64,000 nucleotides of DNA from Obrimoposthia wandeli (Eukaryota), in the NCBI GenBank assembly GCA_977020255.1, contig CDROCS010002469.1, forward strand, positions 372,001 through 436,000, written 5' to 3'. This document shows, in pieces, positions 20,340-30,760 of the stretch. A program made the position numbers and the translations under genes. The notes under the pieces were generated by a model. It was not told where the DNA came from. It did no database searches and saw nothing but the letters and a program-made list of their open reading frames with translations. The number at the start of each line of letters is the position of its first letter. Position 1 is the stretch's first letter.

Positions 20340-21488
20340 CTATTCAATCCCTGAATATCGAAATGCTTCTCTAGTGAAGGAATTCAGTTCAGAATTACTC
20401 ATTTTATTGTTAACAACAATAATTCTACCGAGATAGGTAAGCGGAACTTCTGATTGGCGTTTGTCTATATAAAATTTAATAGCTTCAGCTGTTGCAACAC
20501 CTAAATCATCACTCATTCTCATCGGTGTAGCATCTAATTCACCCGACTTTATTTTTTCAATTTCCTTAGCGGTCCCCCCCCAACCTGTGATAAATATCTC
20601 TGATGATTTTTTTGCTTTTACCAGCGCATCGACTGCTCCAATAGTCATTGCGGTATTGGCATTATGAATCATTTGAACCTCTGGAAAGTTATCGAGAAAT
20701 AACCTTGCACCATCAGCTCCTCCAAGTTTCTGGTATTGCCCAAAATGCTCATACATACTCAGCCAGCCAGCTTTTTCTTCCACACAATCAATAAAACCTT
20801 GAGAACGTTGTGTGTCTGTAATCCCCGGAATGCCTCTATTTACAGCAAAGTTTATATCTTCACCAAGGCGCTCTACGACGTAATTGCATAACACTTGTGC
20901 GCCCATAGAGCTTGAAAAATCAAACCATGCATCGGGCTGATATTCCCAGGTCGGATCCGGTGTGTGGAATGCCCAGATAAAGGTTTTAAATGTTTCTGAT
21001 GCTGCGAGTTTTTGAATATTGTCAGCTTGAAGAGCTAATTCAGATGGGCCGAAAATAACGAAATCATAGGGATTTTCAGCATTGAGAACCGTTTGTGTAT
21101 GTTGTGATTGTAATGAATGCTCTATCTGTTTAGAGGTATACTCATCAACTTCGAAAGGAAGTTCTAGTGCCGCTAGTCGTTTGTTCATTGCCGTGTAATT
21201 GCGGATCCAAAAGTCAGATATATCTGTACTTGGATAAATGACCGCGATACGAATTGGGGTCTTGACTGTTACATCTATCAGCGGTTCAGGGCTAGCGCTA
21301 ACAATCCCTTGAAACCTTTCTAATTTATCTTTATTTACTTGAGATTTAGAAAGCGAATTATTAGTTAAACCCTGTGCTTTACCATTAATAGAAGCGATCA
21401 TCAAAGCGAATATCAATGCAATAATAGAGATCGTATAGTTAAAACTAACCATGATTACACCACTGATAAATAGTTTCATAATGTTCAT
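20340..21488 (-). CDS. LuxP-like periplasmic binding protein (AI-2 receptor family)
   Basis: Segments PIRIAVIYP...SDFW.RN, ITGWGG, ELDATPMRMSDDLGVATAEAIK and C-terminal AFRYS are collinear with Vibrio LuxP (compared from memory). Hydrophobic N-terminal signal. Confidence 0.8.
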   Translation of the reverse strand: MNIMKLFISGVIMVSFNYTISIIALIFALMIASINGKAQGLTNNSLSKSQVNKDKLERFQGIVSASPEPLIDVTVKTPIRIAVIYPSTDISDFWIRNYTAMNKRLAALELPFEVDEYTSKQIEHSLQSQHTQTVLNAENPYDFVIFGPSELALQADNIQKLAASETFKTFIWAFHTPDPTWEYQPDAWFDFSSSMGAQVLCNYVVERLGEDINFAVNRGIPGITDTQRSQGFIDCVEEKAGWLSMYEHFGQYQKLGGADGARLFLDNFPEVQMIHNANTAMTIGAVDALVKAKKSSEIFITGWGGTAKEIEKIKSGELDATPMRMSDDLGVATAEAIKFYIDKRQSEVPLTYLGRIIVVNNKMSNSELNSFTREAFRYSGIE

Positions 21489-21528
21489 TTATCCTAGTAT
21501 AAACTAAATATTAAGTTAAGATAAAACA

Positions 21529-22650
21529 ATGATGAATAAATATTTTAGACATATAGTTACCGTATTTTCTTGTGCTTTTATTTCGTTCTCTTTTGCTGGT
21601 ACTCACTCTAATATCTTTCTTGAGTTTGCCCAAAAAAAAGTAGCTGAGGCGATCGAAAGCAATCGAATTTGGGACGGCCCGACTCAAGGACCTCGTCTGG
21701 AACATAACAAAAAACTTATTTTTATTGCGTCAGATCTTAGAAATGGTGGTGTCTATGGCGTTGCAAAAGGGATGTCTGAAGCTTTATCCAATTTTGATTG
21801 GCATTTAAGATTCATTGATGGTCGAGGTTCAAAAATTCGCCAAGGATCTGCATTAAGACAAGCCATTGGGTTTGAACCCGACGCTATTGTGCTGGGAGGC
21901 ATTGACGCCCTACACCACAAAGAAATTCTGAAACAGGCTCAAGACATGGGTATTGTTGTCATTGGGTGGCACGCATCAGAACTGGCAGGCGGTAATGACG
22001 AATTAGGTTTGTACACTAATATCACTACGGACCCTTTAGAAGTCGCAAAAGTTGCCGCATTACTAGCCATTGCAGACTCGAAAGGAAAGGCTAAAGTGAT
22101 CGTATTCAGTGACCCCAACTACAAAATTGCTTCCCTTAAAGCAAGTGTCATGGTCGAGACAATCAAACGCTGCACCTTATGTAGCGTATTAGAATTAAAA
22201 ACACTCCCGCTAGATAAGATTGCAGAGCAAACACCCAATACTTTTAAATATTTGTGGGAAACCTATGGCGAAGAAATCACTCATATCCTCACGATTAATG
22301 ATCTCTACATTGATTACGCCATACCTTCTTTAGAAGCCAGGTTGAAAGCAAAAAAAACAGTTCCAAGTAATATTTCAGCAGGCGATGGGAGCAAAGCGGC
22401 TTATAAACGAATTAACCAAAACTATTTTCAACTTGCCACTGTTCCCGAACCTCTCAACTTACACGGCTGGCAGATCATAGATGAACTCAACAGAGCATTT
22501 CATAAATACCCTCCCAGTGGATACTCAACACCTGTTCATTTGGTAGCACCAAACAATGTAGCTGAATTGACAAACCAAAAAGACACCGGCTTGTATGACC
22601 CTCATAATGGCTACCGAGAAGTGTATTTGAATATTTGGAAAGCGCAATGA
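21529..22650 (+). CDS. Periplasmic binding protein type 1 (RbsB/sugar-binding-like), sensor-associated
   Basis: Signal peptide and motifs WDGPTQGP, IFIASDLRNGGV, AIVLGGID and GWQIIDELNRAF. No ABC permease or ATPase nearby; the stop overlaps the next ATG (ATGA, 22647-22650). Confidence 0.8.
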   Translation: MMNKYFRHIVTVFSCAFISFSFAGTHSNIFLEFAQKKVAEAIESNRIWDGPTQGPRLEHNKKLIFIASDLRNGGVYGVAKGMSEALSNFDWHLRFIDGRGSKIRQGSALRQAIGFEPDAIVLGGIDALHHKEILKQAQDMGIVVIGWHASELAGGNDELGLYTNITTDPLEVAKVAALLAIADSKGKAKVIVFSDPNYKIASLKASVMVETIKRCTLCSVLELKTLPLDKIAEQTPNTFKYLWETYGEEITHILTINDLYIDYAIPSLEARLKAKKTVPSNISAGDGSKAAYKRINQNYFQLATVPEPLNLHGWQIIDELNRAFHKYPPSGYSTPVHLVAPNNVAELTNQKDTGLYDPHNGYREVYLNIWKAQ

Positions 22651-25106
22651 AACTAAACCAAATAACGATTATTCAACGGCTAATATTATCCAACTTACTT
22701 TCTTTGGTCATTGTAAGCTTGGCTATTTTTATAGTAATCCGATCACTCTACTACGTAGAGTCGACTCTAAAGACTCAAGCCTCCGAACATATAACCGTGT
22801 TAACAACCAGTTCCGATATTAGCCGACGAGTATTTAAGCTAACCTCTAGAGTAAAATTGTTAGAACAGACTTTTTTATTCAGTGAAACAACACTCTCTGA
22901 AGAAGCATTTTTCATCGACTTACAACTGCAAAAGCTACGAGAGCTGTCTACTAACCGAGACTTTTCTATCAAAATGGATACCTTTATCGAGAATTTTCAT
23001 CGTTTTTTAGGTAGCTCACTTTCATTGAATCGCATTCTTAAAAAAAGCCAGAAAATAGATAGTTTACTAGGTGAGCGAGTAGACCAGTTAGAATTTTATA
23101 TTGCCGAAAAGAAGCTACAACACCTCAACGATTCCGATTATACAGTTTACAATAACGATCTTGATTTAATCAGTATGCTGCGAGAAGCATTTCTAATGAC
23201 CGGTAAGATGGTTATTAATATTCACAGCCAAATAACACCAGAAACTGAAAAAATCCTTATCATAAAAGCGGAAAAAGAATTAGATATTTTCCTTTTACAT
23301 CTTGAAAACGTTGATATAAACACACCTCAAATTATTGATCAGAAAAAGCAAATAAAGCGAATCGTACGCCGCTATAATGCGGCATTAAGGCGTATTCGTG
23401 CCAACTTAGAGCAGCGTTGGTTAGTAATAGGTGCATTAGTGAACTCTCAAAATGAGCTCTTGGCTATGGTTGAACACACTGAAATACGCGTGCAAAAACA
23501 AGCGATAGAGCTTACTGAAAGTCTAAAAAAAGAAATAGAACAGTCGCGATTTAATGCAATAATCATCAGTATTCTAGCCTTTATTTTATCAGTCCTGCTG
23601 ATTAGTCTCGTGGTTAAGCGCCATATTCGAAAGCCTCTTGATGATCTTAAGAAAAGCTTTGAACACTTAGAGTCTGATGGGATAAACAAACCGATAAACC
23701 TGGGACGGACGGATGAATGGAGTCATATTGAAAACGCCTTTAATAAAATGACTCTTCGCCTCTCTGAGGCATATTTGGACCTCAATGATGAGAAGAAAAA
23801 TTTTGACTTCCTCGCTCACCATGACCCATTAACTGGATTGGCCAATCGACTTCTGGCCACTAAAAAACTCAATCAAAATATACTTGAAGCAAAAGCTAAA
23901 AACCTTTCGTTTTTGCTCATCTATTTAGATATTGATGAGTTTAAAACTATCAATGATTCTTTGGGACATAAATCAGGCGATAACCTACTAATAAACATAG
24001 CAAAAATACTTAAAGAACTGACCGCTGATATTGGATTTGTTGCCAGGATGGGCGGTGATGAATTCATGATTGTTGTGAGCGAAGACGCAAACTTAAAACG
24101 CGGAGAGCTTTTATCTGAGCGCATCAACAAAGCGCTTCGTAAACCTTATTATGTTGACGATAAAAATATATTTGTTTCCGCTAGTATTGGAGTTTGTCAG
24201 TTCCCATTACATGGGTCGGACGATGAAACACTCATTCGCAATGCAGATACCGCTATGTACCATGCTAAACGCAACGGGAAAGACCAATACCGTATCTATG
24301 CTGATAAAATGACTCTGGAGGTTACTGACTTAATTGAGACCAATATAGGGCTTCATCAAGCAATTAAAGATGATGAACTTGTAGTCTTTTTTCAACCTAA
24401 AGTAGACCTTCGTAGTCGAAAAGTATTAGGTGCAGAAGCTTTGGTTCGTTGGGAACATCCTAAGCTAGGGCTTCTACAACCAGCTGATTTCCTAGAAGTC
24501 GCGGAGAAAACCGACCTTATCATAGATATTGATAAATGGGTGTTTAAGAACGTAGCCAATTTGATTACTCAATGGCAACACGACGGAATAGATTTAGAGG
24601 GTATTGTTTTTGCCGTGAATTTTTCCGCGCGAATGTTCTATATGGCAGATCTGGCAGATCAACTTAAAACCATACTGGATGAAACACAATGCCAGCCACA
24701 TCAGCTTATACTAGAAATAACAGAAAGAGATATGATGCGTGACTTTGTAACATGCGTGAAAACTATTGAAACTCTTAGAGCGCAAGGTTATAAGATAGCG
24801 ATTGATGATTTTGGCACAGGGTATTCATCACTTTCAGTTCTAAAAAACCTTTCAGCAGATTACCTCAAGCTTGATCAAAGTTTTATACAAGATCTAGACT
24901 CATCCAAATTAGACTTTGAGATAACCAATGCAGTCCTCAAGCTTGCACAGATCTTAGGCTTATCTGTTATTGCCGAAGGCGTAGAAACACAAACCCATGT
25001 TGATACTCTATTACAGATTGGTTGTCAGCGCGCACAAGGATATTATTTCTCCAAACCCCTTTCAGTGGATCATTGGCTTAAGTATTTAAGAAATAATAGT
25101 TTTTAA
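22647..25106 (+). CDS. Membrane sensor with periplasmic helical domain, HAMP, GGDEF and EAL
   Basis: Two TM helices flank a long helical periplasmic region, followed by HAMP (KPLDDL...EWSHIENAFNKM) and RMGGDEF (no RxxD I-site). The EAL domain retains AEALVRW, LEITE, DDFGTGYSS, KLDQSF, AEGVE and QGYY. Confidence 0.9.
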   Translation: MKLNQITIIQRLILSNLLSLVIVSLAIFIVIRSLYYVESTLKTQASEHITVLTTSSDISRRVFKLTSRVKLLEQTFLFSETTLSEEAFFIDLQLQKLRELSTNRDFSIKMDTFIENFHRFLGSSLSLNRILKKSQKIDSLLGERVDQLEFYIAEKKLQHLNDSDYTVYNNDLDLISMLREAFLMTGKMVINIHSQITPETEKILIIKAEKELDIFLLHLENVDINTPQIIDQKKQIKRIVRRYNAALRRIRANLEQRWLVIGALVNSQNELLAMVEHTEIRVQKQAIELTESLKKEIEQSRFNAIIISILAFILSVLLISLVVKRHIRKPLDDLKKSFEHLESDGINKPINLGRTDEWSHIENAFNKMTLRLSEAYLDLNDEKKNFDFLAHHDPLTGLANRLLATKKLNQNILEAKAKNLSFLLIYLDIDEFKTINDSLGHKSGDNLLINIAKILKELTADIGFVARMGGDEFMIVVSEDANLKRGELLSERINKALRKPYYVDDKNIFVSASIGVCQFPLHGSDDETLIRNADTAMYHAKRNGKDQYRIYADKMTLEVTDLIETNIGLHQAIKDDELVVFFQPKVDLRSRKVLGAEALVRWEHPKLGLLQPADFLEVAEKTDLIIDIDKWVFKNVANLITQWQHDGIDLEGIVFAVNFSARMFYMADLADQLKTILDETQCQPHQLILEITERDMMRDFVTCVKTIETLRAQGYKIAIDDFGTGYSSLSVLKNLSADYLKLDQSFIQDLDSSKLDFEITNAVLKLAQILGLSVIAEGVETQTHVDTLLQIGCQRAQGYYFSKPLSVDHWLKYLRNNSF

Positions 25107-25337
25107 ATATAGTAAATGAAACGGTGGTTGTGTCGCTAAGTTTACCCGTTACTCGATAATGGTATGTATTTTAAGAGAATAACAATTTATTAGCTTTTCT
25201 TCGTCTTGTCATTTTCTTCCATAGAGGAGCCCAAATAATGGTTTTGAAATAGATATCTGCCTGTGGCGTACTAGAAGTTAACTATTGATATCTAAGCCTA
25301 GCTTGCCTTGAGGGTATGATCAATGCCAAAGTAAGCG

Positions 25338-26327
25338 TTATTTATTTTCCTTATCCAGAGACATCCTAGATAATTCGGGCGCTAATCTTCGATCTTCGCG
25401 TGGCGACAAGCCAAAAACAGTATGATAGCGGCGAGAAAAATATTCAGGGGAGCGAAAACCGCAAGCCACTGCCACTTCAACAACGCTCATTTTAGTTTGC
25501 TTTAATAGCTGACGCGCACGCTCTAAGCGTAGTCGTAAATAGAAAGCGATTGGAGGTTCATGGCAATGTTTTTTAAATAGCCGTTCAAGTTTGCGTAACT
25601 CTATACCGCTCATTACTGCTAATTGGGTTGCTGACAACGGCTCTTCGACGTGCTGCTCCATTAAATCAATTACTTTGGCAACATCTTTATGGCGAATAGC
25701 TAAACGCTGTACCGTTTGTAGGCGTTGATACTGATTAGATTCTCGCATTGGATCATGCATAAAAGCGGCGCAAACCTGTTCTCTCAATGCTTTTCCATGC
25801 TGTCTTTGAATGAGGTGTAATGTCATATCCATTGCCGAAACCCCTCCGGCGCAAGTGATGCGCTTTTCATCTATTTGGTATAACTGCTCAGAAGTTTCAA
25901 GGTGCGCAAAACTCTCCTCAAAAGCGTGCTTTGCTTCCCAGTGCAAAGCAATACGATGCCCTTCAAGTAAATTGGCATGTGCCAGTGCATAACACCCGGT
26001 TTCTATCCCACCAAGCACTGAACCTTTACGGTCCATTTGCCGCAGCCAGTTGATTAAGCGTTTATCAATCGTTTGCTCAGGCTCAAAACTTGCACACACA
26101 AAAATAATTGAGAATTCATTGTCACTAGCGATGGCTGCTTCAGCTGCCACGGGGATACCGCTACTTGATGTAACCGCTTCCCCATCAATCGATAAAAAAT
26201 GCCAACTAAACAAAGCACCCGCAAAACGATTCACCACGCGCAAGGGTTCTAATGCACTAAATAATGACACCATCGAAAACCTAGGTTGCAATAAAAAAGC
26301 AATGCGCTCGGGTGGATTTGTGGTCAT
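25338..26327 (-). CDS. GlxA/CdhR-type AraC family regulator
   Basis: N-terminal DJ-1-like domain (FSMVSLFSALEPLR, TCAGG) and C-terminal AraC HTH (VAVACGFRSPEYFSRRY), next to carnitine-type genes. Confidence 0.85.
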   Translation of the reverse strand: MTTNPPERIAFLLQPRFSMVSLFSALEPLRVVNRFAGALFSWHFLSIDGEAVTSSSGIPVAAEAAIASDNEFSIIFVCASFEPEQTIDKRLINWLRQMDRKGSVLGGIETGCYALAHANLLEGHRIALHWEAKHAFEESFAHLETSEQLYQIDEKRITCAGGVSAMDMTLHLIQRQHGKALREQVCAAFMHDPMRESNQYQRLQTVQRLAIRHKDVAKVIDLMEQHVEEPLSATQLAVMSGIELRKLERLFKKHCHEPPIAFYLRLRLERARQLLKQTKMSVVEVAVACGFRSPEYFSRRYHTVFGLSPREDRRLAPELSRMSLDKENK

Positions 26328-26435
26328 TTATATTCCTTTATAGAATGCGCCTGTGGATGTTATAGGAATTATTTATGTAGGCTACCAACTATTAAAACAT
26401 TCAGAGATTGAGCGCTCTGAATTGATAAGAAAACC

Positions 26436-27224
26436 TTACTTTGCCTGCCACACGGGATCTCGCCCTTCACTGTAAGCTAAATTTCCTTCCTGCGCATCTT
26501 CACTGTGTAATACTTTAGGATAATTTTTTAGACCCCCGCTGCGTATATGTGCATAACCTTGTGCTACCGTCATCTCACTTGTGCTACGTACAATTTCTTT
26601 AACCGCAGCGATAGATAAAGGTGCATTGGCTACAATTGTCAGTGCTAATTCACGCGCGCATGCCATCAAATCAGCACTTTCTACTACACGATTAACCAGG
26701 CCCCAGCGCTGCGCTTCTATTGCATCCATTACTCGCCCTGTCATTAACAGCTCATTTGCAATAGCCATAGGTAAATGCTTAGGTAAACGAAGCACTCCAC
26801 CGCTATCTGATATTATCCCAAGCCCTACTTCAGGTAGCGAAAATTTAGCATGTTCAGCGCACACAATCATATCTGCTGCGAGTGCTAACTCAAAACCACC
26901 GCCTGCTGCATAGCCATTAACGGCGGCAATCACTGGCTTATCTAAATCAAATATTTCAGTTAATCCTGCAAATCCACCTAACCCGAAATCAGCATCCGCA
27001 GCCTCTCCTGCTGCAGCAGCTTTTAAATCCCAACCCGCTGAAAAAAATCGCTCTCCTGCACCCGTTATAATCGCAACACGTAATGTAGGATCATCACGAA
27101 ACGCCAAGAAAGCTTCGCCCATCGCAAAACTAGTCGGTGCATCAATTGCATTTGCTTTAGGCCGGTCTAAGGTGATTTCTAAAATAGCGCCATTGCGCAC
27201 AATATTCAAAGCTGTCGTTGTCAT
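26436..27224 (-). CDS. caiD: Carnitinyl-CoA dehydratase / crotonobetainyl-CoA hydratase
   Basis: Motifs [51 protein letters not shown] and RDPVW. Confidence 0.85.
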   Translation of the reverse strand: MTTTALNIVRNGAILEITLDRPKANAIDAPTSFAMGEAFLAFRDDPTLRVAIITGAGERFFSAGWDLKAAAAGEAADADFGLGGFAGLTEIFDLDKPVIAAVNGYAAGGGFELALAADMIVCAEHAKFSLPEVGLGIISDSGGVLRLPKHLPMAIANELLMTGRVMDAIEAQRWGLVNRVVESADLMACARELALTIVANAPLSIAAVKEIVRSTSEMTVAQGYAHIRSGGLKNYPKVLHSEDAQEGNLAYSEGRDPVWQAK

Positions 27225-27269
27225 TTTATTTATTCCTTTAGAAACTAGCTGGCTGTGCTAAAAAATTAA

Positions 27270-29450
27270 TTATTGTAAAATACGGATATACGCATCTGCT
27301 GCATATGCGCCACTGCCTTTTGGTCCCACTATAAGTGGATTAATATCTAACTCTAACAAAGTTTCGCCATGTTGCTGTGCAAAATTCGCTACCGCCATAA
27401 CAGCATCAACACAGGCATCAATATCCCCTGGTTGCTGCCCTCTAAAACCTGTTAATAAGCCAGATAAGCGTAAGTTTAAAATGGCTTGATGAATACTTTC
27501 CTTATCGGTAGGCAGCAATAAATTTGCGCTATCTTTTAATAGTTCAACCATCACACCACCAGTGCCTATCACCAACGTTAAGCCGAATTGTGCTTCACGC
27601 GTCACACCTATAATTAATTCTCCAATGCTGTTTTTAAGCATTTTTTCAATTAGAAAACAATCACTTAAGTGCTGCATTCGTTTAAAAGCAGCGCTTACTT
27701 GCTGGGAATTTTGCAAATTTAACTGCACAGCGCCCAACTCTGTTTTATGCACAATGGTGCTGCTTAATGCTTTCATCACCACTGGATAGCCTAAACGCTC
27801 AGCACAATCAATAAGTTTAGTAATGTTGCTTAGCTGTTGATCTTGCTCATTCTCATCTACTGTTATCATCACTTTTTGTGCTGCGGGGATCGCTAGCCCA
27901 AAATTTGCTAATGTTTGCTTAGCTTGGTATTCATCAATGTTGCAGCTATCTTTCTCTGCTAGTATCGCGTCACCCAGCGATGATCGCAACAAAGGTTGAG
28001 GTAGTGGCTGTTGGTGTTTTTTACCTATTTTATAAGCTGCGCTAATCGCACAAAGGCAAGTATCTAAACCTATCATGGGTACTATATTGGCTGCGATACA
28101 GGCATCAATTGCTGTTTGCGGTAAACATTCAGCAAGGGATGCAACTAACACACCTTGATGACCTGTGGCTTGGCTAGCATTTACTAAGCCTTGCATCGCC
28201 ATATTCCAAGGACCTGGATCTGCACCGCTAAAACTTGGCCAATCTAATAACAGTAATGTTGCATCAAAGCCCGCTTGCATCATGGTTGTAAAAGTTGCAT
28301 TTAAGCGCGCTTGATCACCCCAAATAAAGGTGTGGTAATCCAAAGGATTATCAACGTTTACATATTCACTTAACGTTTCACGTACGGCTATTTGGTGTGT
28401 TTTAGATAGTTGAGGAAAGCTTAAATCGTGCTGCTCTATTAAATCAGCCATTGAGCCTGCTTCACCGCCGGAACAGCTCATTGAAGCGAGTTTATTACCG
28501 TTAAGCGAACCTGCTATACTGACAAATTTTAACGTTTCGATAAAAGCTTCTAACGTATAAACCCTAGCGATAGCTAAACGCTCGAACAAGGCTTCAAATA
28601 ATTGATCAGATCCTGTTAAAGAGCTAGTGTGGCTCATTGCTATTTTTGCCGCTGCTTCACTGCGGCCATTTTTGATGGCGACTATGGGTATTTTTTTGCG
28701 CATGGCGCGCCGGCACACCTGATCAAAGTGATGGATGTCGGTTAAGCCTTCTATATGTAACCCAATCGCACTTACCCGTGGGTCATCCAATAGAATATCA
28801 ATAACATCACTCACACCGACATTCGCTTGATTTCCCATGGTAAACATATACGCCAAAGGTAAACCACGCTTTTGCATGGTGATGTTCAAGCCGATATTAC
28901 CGCTTTGGGTAATAATAGCCACACCGCGCCCACTATCAGCATCCAGTGCTTTACAGCCATGTTGATCAGGCCAAAGTACTGCTTTATCTAAGCAATTTAA
29001 TATTCCGTAGCAGTTCGGGCCGATAATAGGCATTCTACCTGCCAATGCCACCAGCTGTTGTTGGCGAGCCGAACCTTCATCGCCGACTTCTGAAAAACCA
29101 GAGGCATGCAACACAGCTCCTCCACAGCCTAGCTCGTTTAACTGCTTTACTATGCTCATGGTTTTATCTGCATTAACCGCAACATAAGCAGCATCTGGAA
29201 CAGCAGGCAATTCTTGTAGGGATGTATAGCAACGCACACCTTCCATTTCAGTGCGCGTTGGGTGGATTGCCCAAATATCACCACTAAAGCCTAATTTTAA
29301 ACTTTCGCTGATGGCATACCTCGCACCTATGCCACCGATAACAACAATAGATTTAGGCTTAATCAGCCGTTCGAAACGGGCCTTGTCAAAGCTAGTGGTA
29401 GGACTAGGGGTATAGATAGGTGTTTGAGGTGCCAGGTTTTCAACATTCAT
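27270..29450 (-). CDS. ATP-grasp (NDP-forming) acyl-CoA synthetase, probable gamma-butyrobetaine-CoA ligase
   Basis: CoA-binding N-domain, IIGPNCYG, QSGN, SHTSSL (phospho-His) and ATP-grasp HKTELGAV...ELDINP. Substrate is inferred from context. Confidence 0.8.
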   Translation of the reverse strand: MNVENLAPQTPIYTPSPTTSFDKARFERLIKPKSIVVIGGIGARYAISESLKLGFSGDIWAIHPTRTEMEGVRCYTSLQELPAVPDAAYVAVNADKTMSIVKQLNELGCGGAVLHASGFSEVGDEGSARQQQLVALAGRMPIIGPNCYGILNCLDKAVLWPDQHGCKALDADSGRGVAIITQSGNIGLNITMQKRGLPLAYMFTMGNQANVGVSDVIDILLDDPRVSAIGLHIEGLTDIHHFDQVCRRAMRKKIPIVAIKNGRSEAAAKIAMSHTSSLTGSDQLFEALFERLAIARVYTLEAFIETLKFVSIAGSLNGNKLASMSCSGGEAGSMADLIEQHDLSFPQLSKTHQIAVRETLSEYVNVDNPLDYHTFIWGDQARLNATFTTMMQAGFDATLLLLDWPSFSGADPGPWNMAMQGLVNASQATGHQGVLVASLAECLPQTAIDACIAANIVPMIGLDTCLCAISAAYKIGKKHQQPLPQPLLRSSLGDAILAEKDSCNIDEYQAKQTLANFGLAIPAAQKVMITVDENEQDQQLSNITKLIDCAERLGYPVVMKALSSTIVHKTELGAVQLNLQNSQQVSAAFKRMQHLSDCFLIEKMLKNSIGELIIGVTREAQFGLTLVIGTGGVMVELLKDSANLLLPTDKESIHQAILNLRLSGLLTGFRGQQPGDIDACVDAVMAVANFAQQHGETLLELDINPLIVGPKGSGAYAADAYIRILQ

Positions 29451-29500
29451 CGAACTTTCCTTAAATAAAAGCTTCCTTAAATTTCAACTTAATCGCAATC

Positions 29501-30676
29501 TTAGCGAGTTTCTAATGGGCGCAACATCGCTCTAGAAATGATGTGTCGTTGAATTTCACTGGTGCCATCCCAAATGCGTTCCACTCTGTGATCTCGCCAT
29601 ATTCGCTCTAACGGCAGCTCATCCATTAGCCCCATACCGCCTAAAATCTGGATCGCTTCATCGGCGACAACCCCCAACATTTCTGTGGATTTCAGCTTCG
29701 CCATAGCTGCATCTGTATCACTCATTTGACCTTGATCTAACTTGTAAGCTGCAAACATGGTGAGTAACTCAGCACTTTTAAGCTCTAACGCCATATCTGC
29801 CAATTTAAAGGAAACACCTTGGAACTTACCGATTGTTTGTCCAAATTGTTTGCGCTCTGCCGCCCAACTTACTGCTATTTCAAGTGCTCTTTCTGCACGG
29901 CCTAAACACATAGCAGCAACAGATAAGCGGGTTCCTCCTAACCATTCATTGGCAACATCAAAGCCGTGGTCTTCTACACCCAGTATTTGTGATTGATGAA
30001 CACGACAATTATCAAAGTTTAAAATACAGTTTTGATACCCTCGATGGGAAACGCTGTTATAGCCTTTTTCAACGCTGAAACCAGCAGTACCCATATCAAC
30101 TAAGAAACTGGTGATTTTTTGTTTAGGGCCACGCGCTGTTTGCTCGGTGCCAGTGGTTGCAAATAAAATCACAAAGTCAGAAACATCCGCATGGCTGATA
30201 AAATGCTTACTACCATTAATGATAAAATGCTCACCATCGCCTCCCTCTTCGCGCTGGGCGCGACACTTCATAGAGCGCACATCAGAACCAGCTTCGGGCT
30301 CCGTTAGCGCTAAACAATCTACTTTTTCTCCACGGATAGTCGGTAATAAATACTTTTCACGCTGCTCCCCTTCACAGGCTAAAAGAATATTACTGGGCCT
30401 TGCAACAATGTACTGTAGCGCAAAGCTCGCTCTGCCTAGCTCTTTTTCCAATAAGCATAGTGTGACTGCATCTAGTCCGCCGCCGCCTAACTCTTCAGGC
30501 ATATTAGCCGCATATAGCCCGTAATCTAATGCCGCTTTTTTTATTTTTGCGTGTATTTCATCGCTGACAATACCCGTTTTTTCCACCTCATTTTCATAAG
30601 GATAAAGCTCACTCTCTACAAACGCCTTGACAGTGTCTATAATCATTTGCTGCTCGCTGTTTACCGAGAAATCCAT
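29501..30676 (-). CDS. Acyl-CoA dehydrogenase (probable gamma-butyrobetainyl-CoA dehydrogenase)
   Basis: Motifs LALTEPEAGSD, INGSKHFIS, RKQFGQTIG, GGMG and RIWDGTSEIQR. Confidence 0.88.
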   Translation of the reverse strand: MDFSVNSEQQMIIDTVKAFVESELYPYENEVEKTGIVSDEIHAKIKKAALDYGLYAANMPEELGGGGLDAVTLCLLEKELGRASFALQYIVARPSNILLACEGEQREKYLLPTIRGEKVDCLALTEPEAGSDVRSMKCRAQREEGGDGEHFIINGSKHFISHADVSDFVILFATTGTEQTARGPKQKITSFLVDMGTAGFSVEKGYNSVSHRGYQNCILNFDNCRVHQSQILGVEDHGFDVANEWLGGTRLSVAAMCLGRAERALEIAVSWAAERKQFGQTIGKFQGVSFKLADMALELKSAELLTMFAAYKLDQGQMSDTDAAMAKLKSTEMLGVVADEAIQILGGMGLMDELPLERIWRDHRVERIWDGTSEIQRHIISRAMLRPLETR

Positions 30677-30760
30677 AATATTTTCCTATTGTTATGTAAC
30701 TAGCTAGATTTCATCCACAAAAAGACCTACTGCGAATACCTTCCTAAACCAACCTAAAAA

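Noticed and set aside
22647-25106. Calling the sensor luxQ or torS
   Set aside because: It has no H-box, HATPase or receiver domain; the output is GGDEF-EAL.
19260-25337. Composite IS5 transposon carrying the LuxP-like cassette
   Set aside because: No second IS copy or matching IR or target duplication is visible on the far side within the window.
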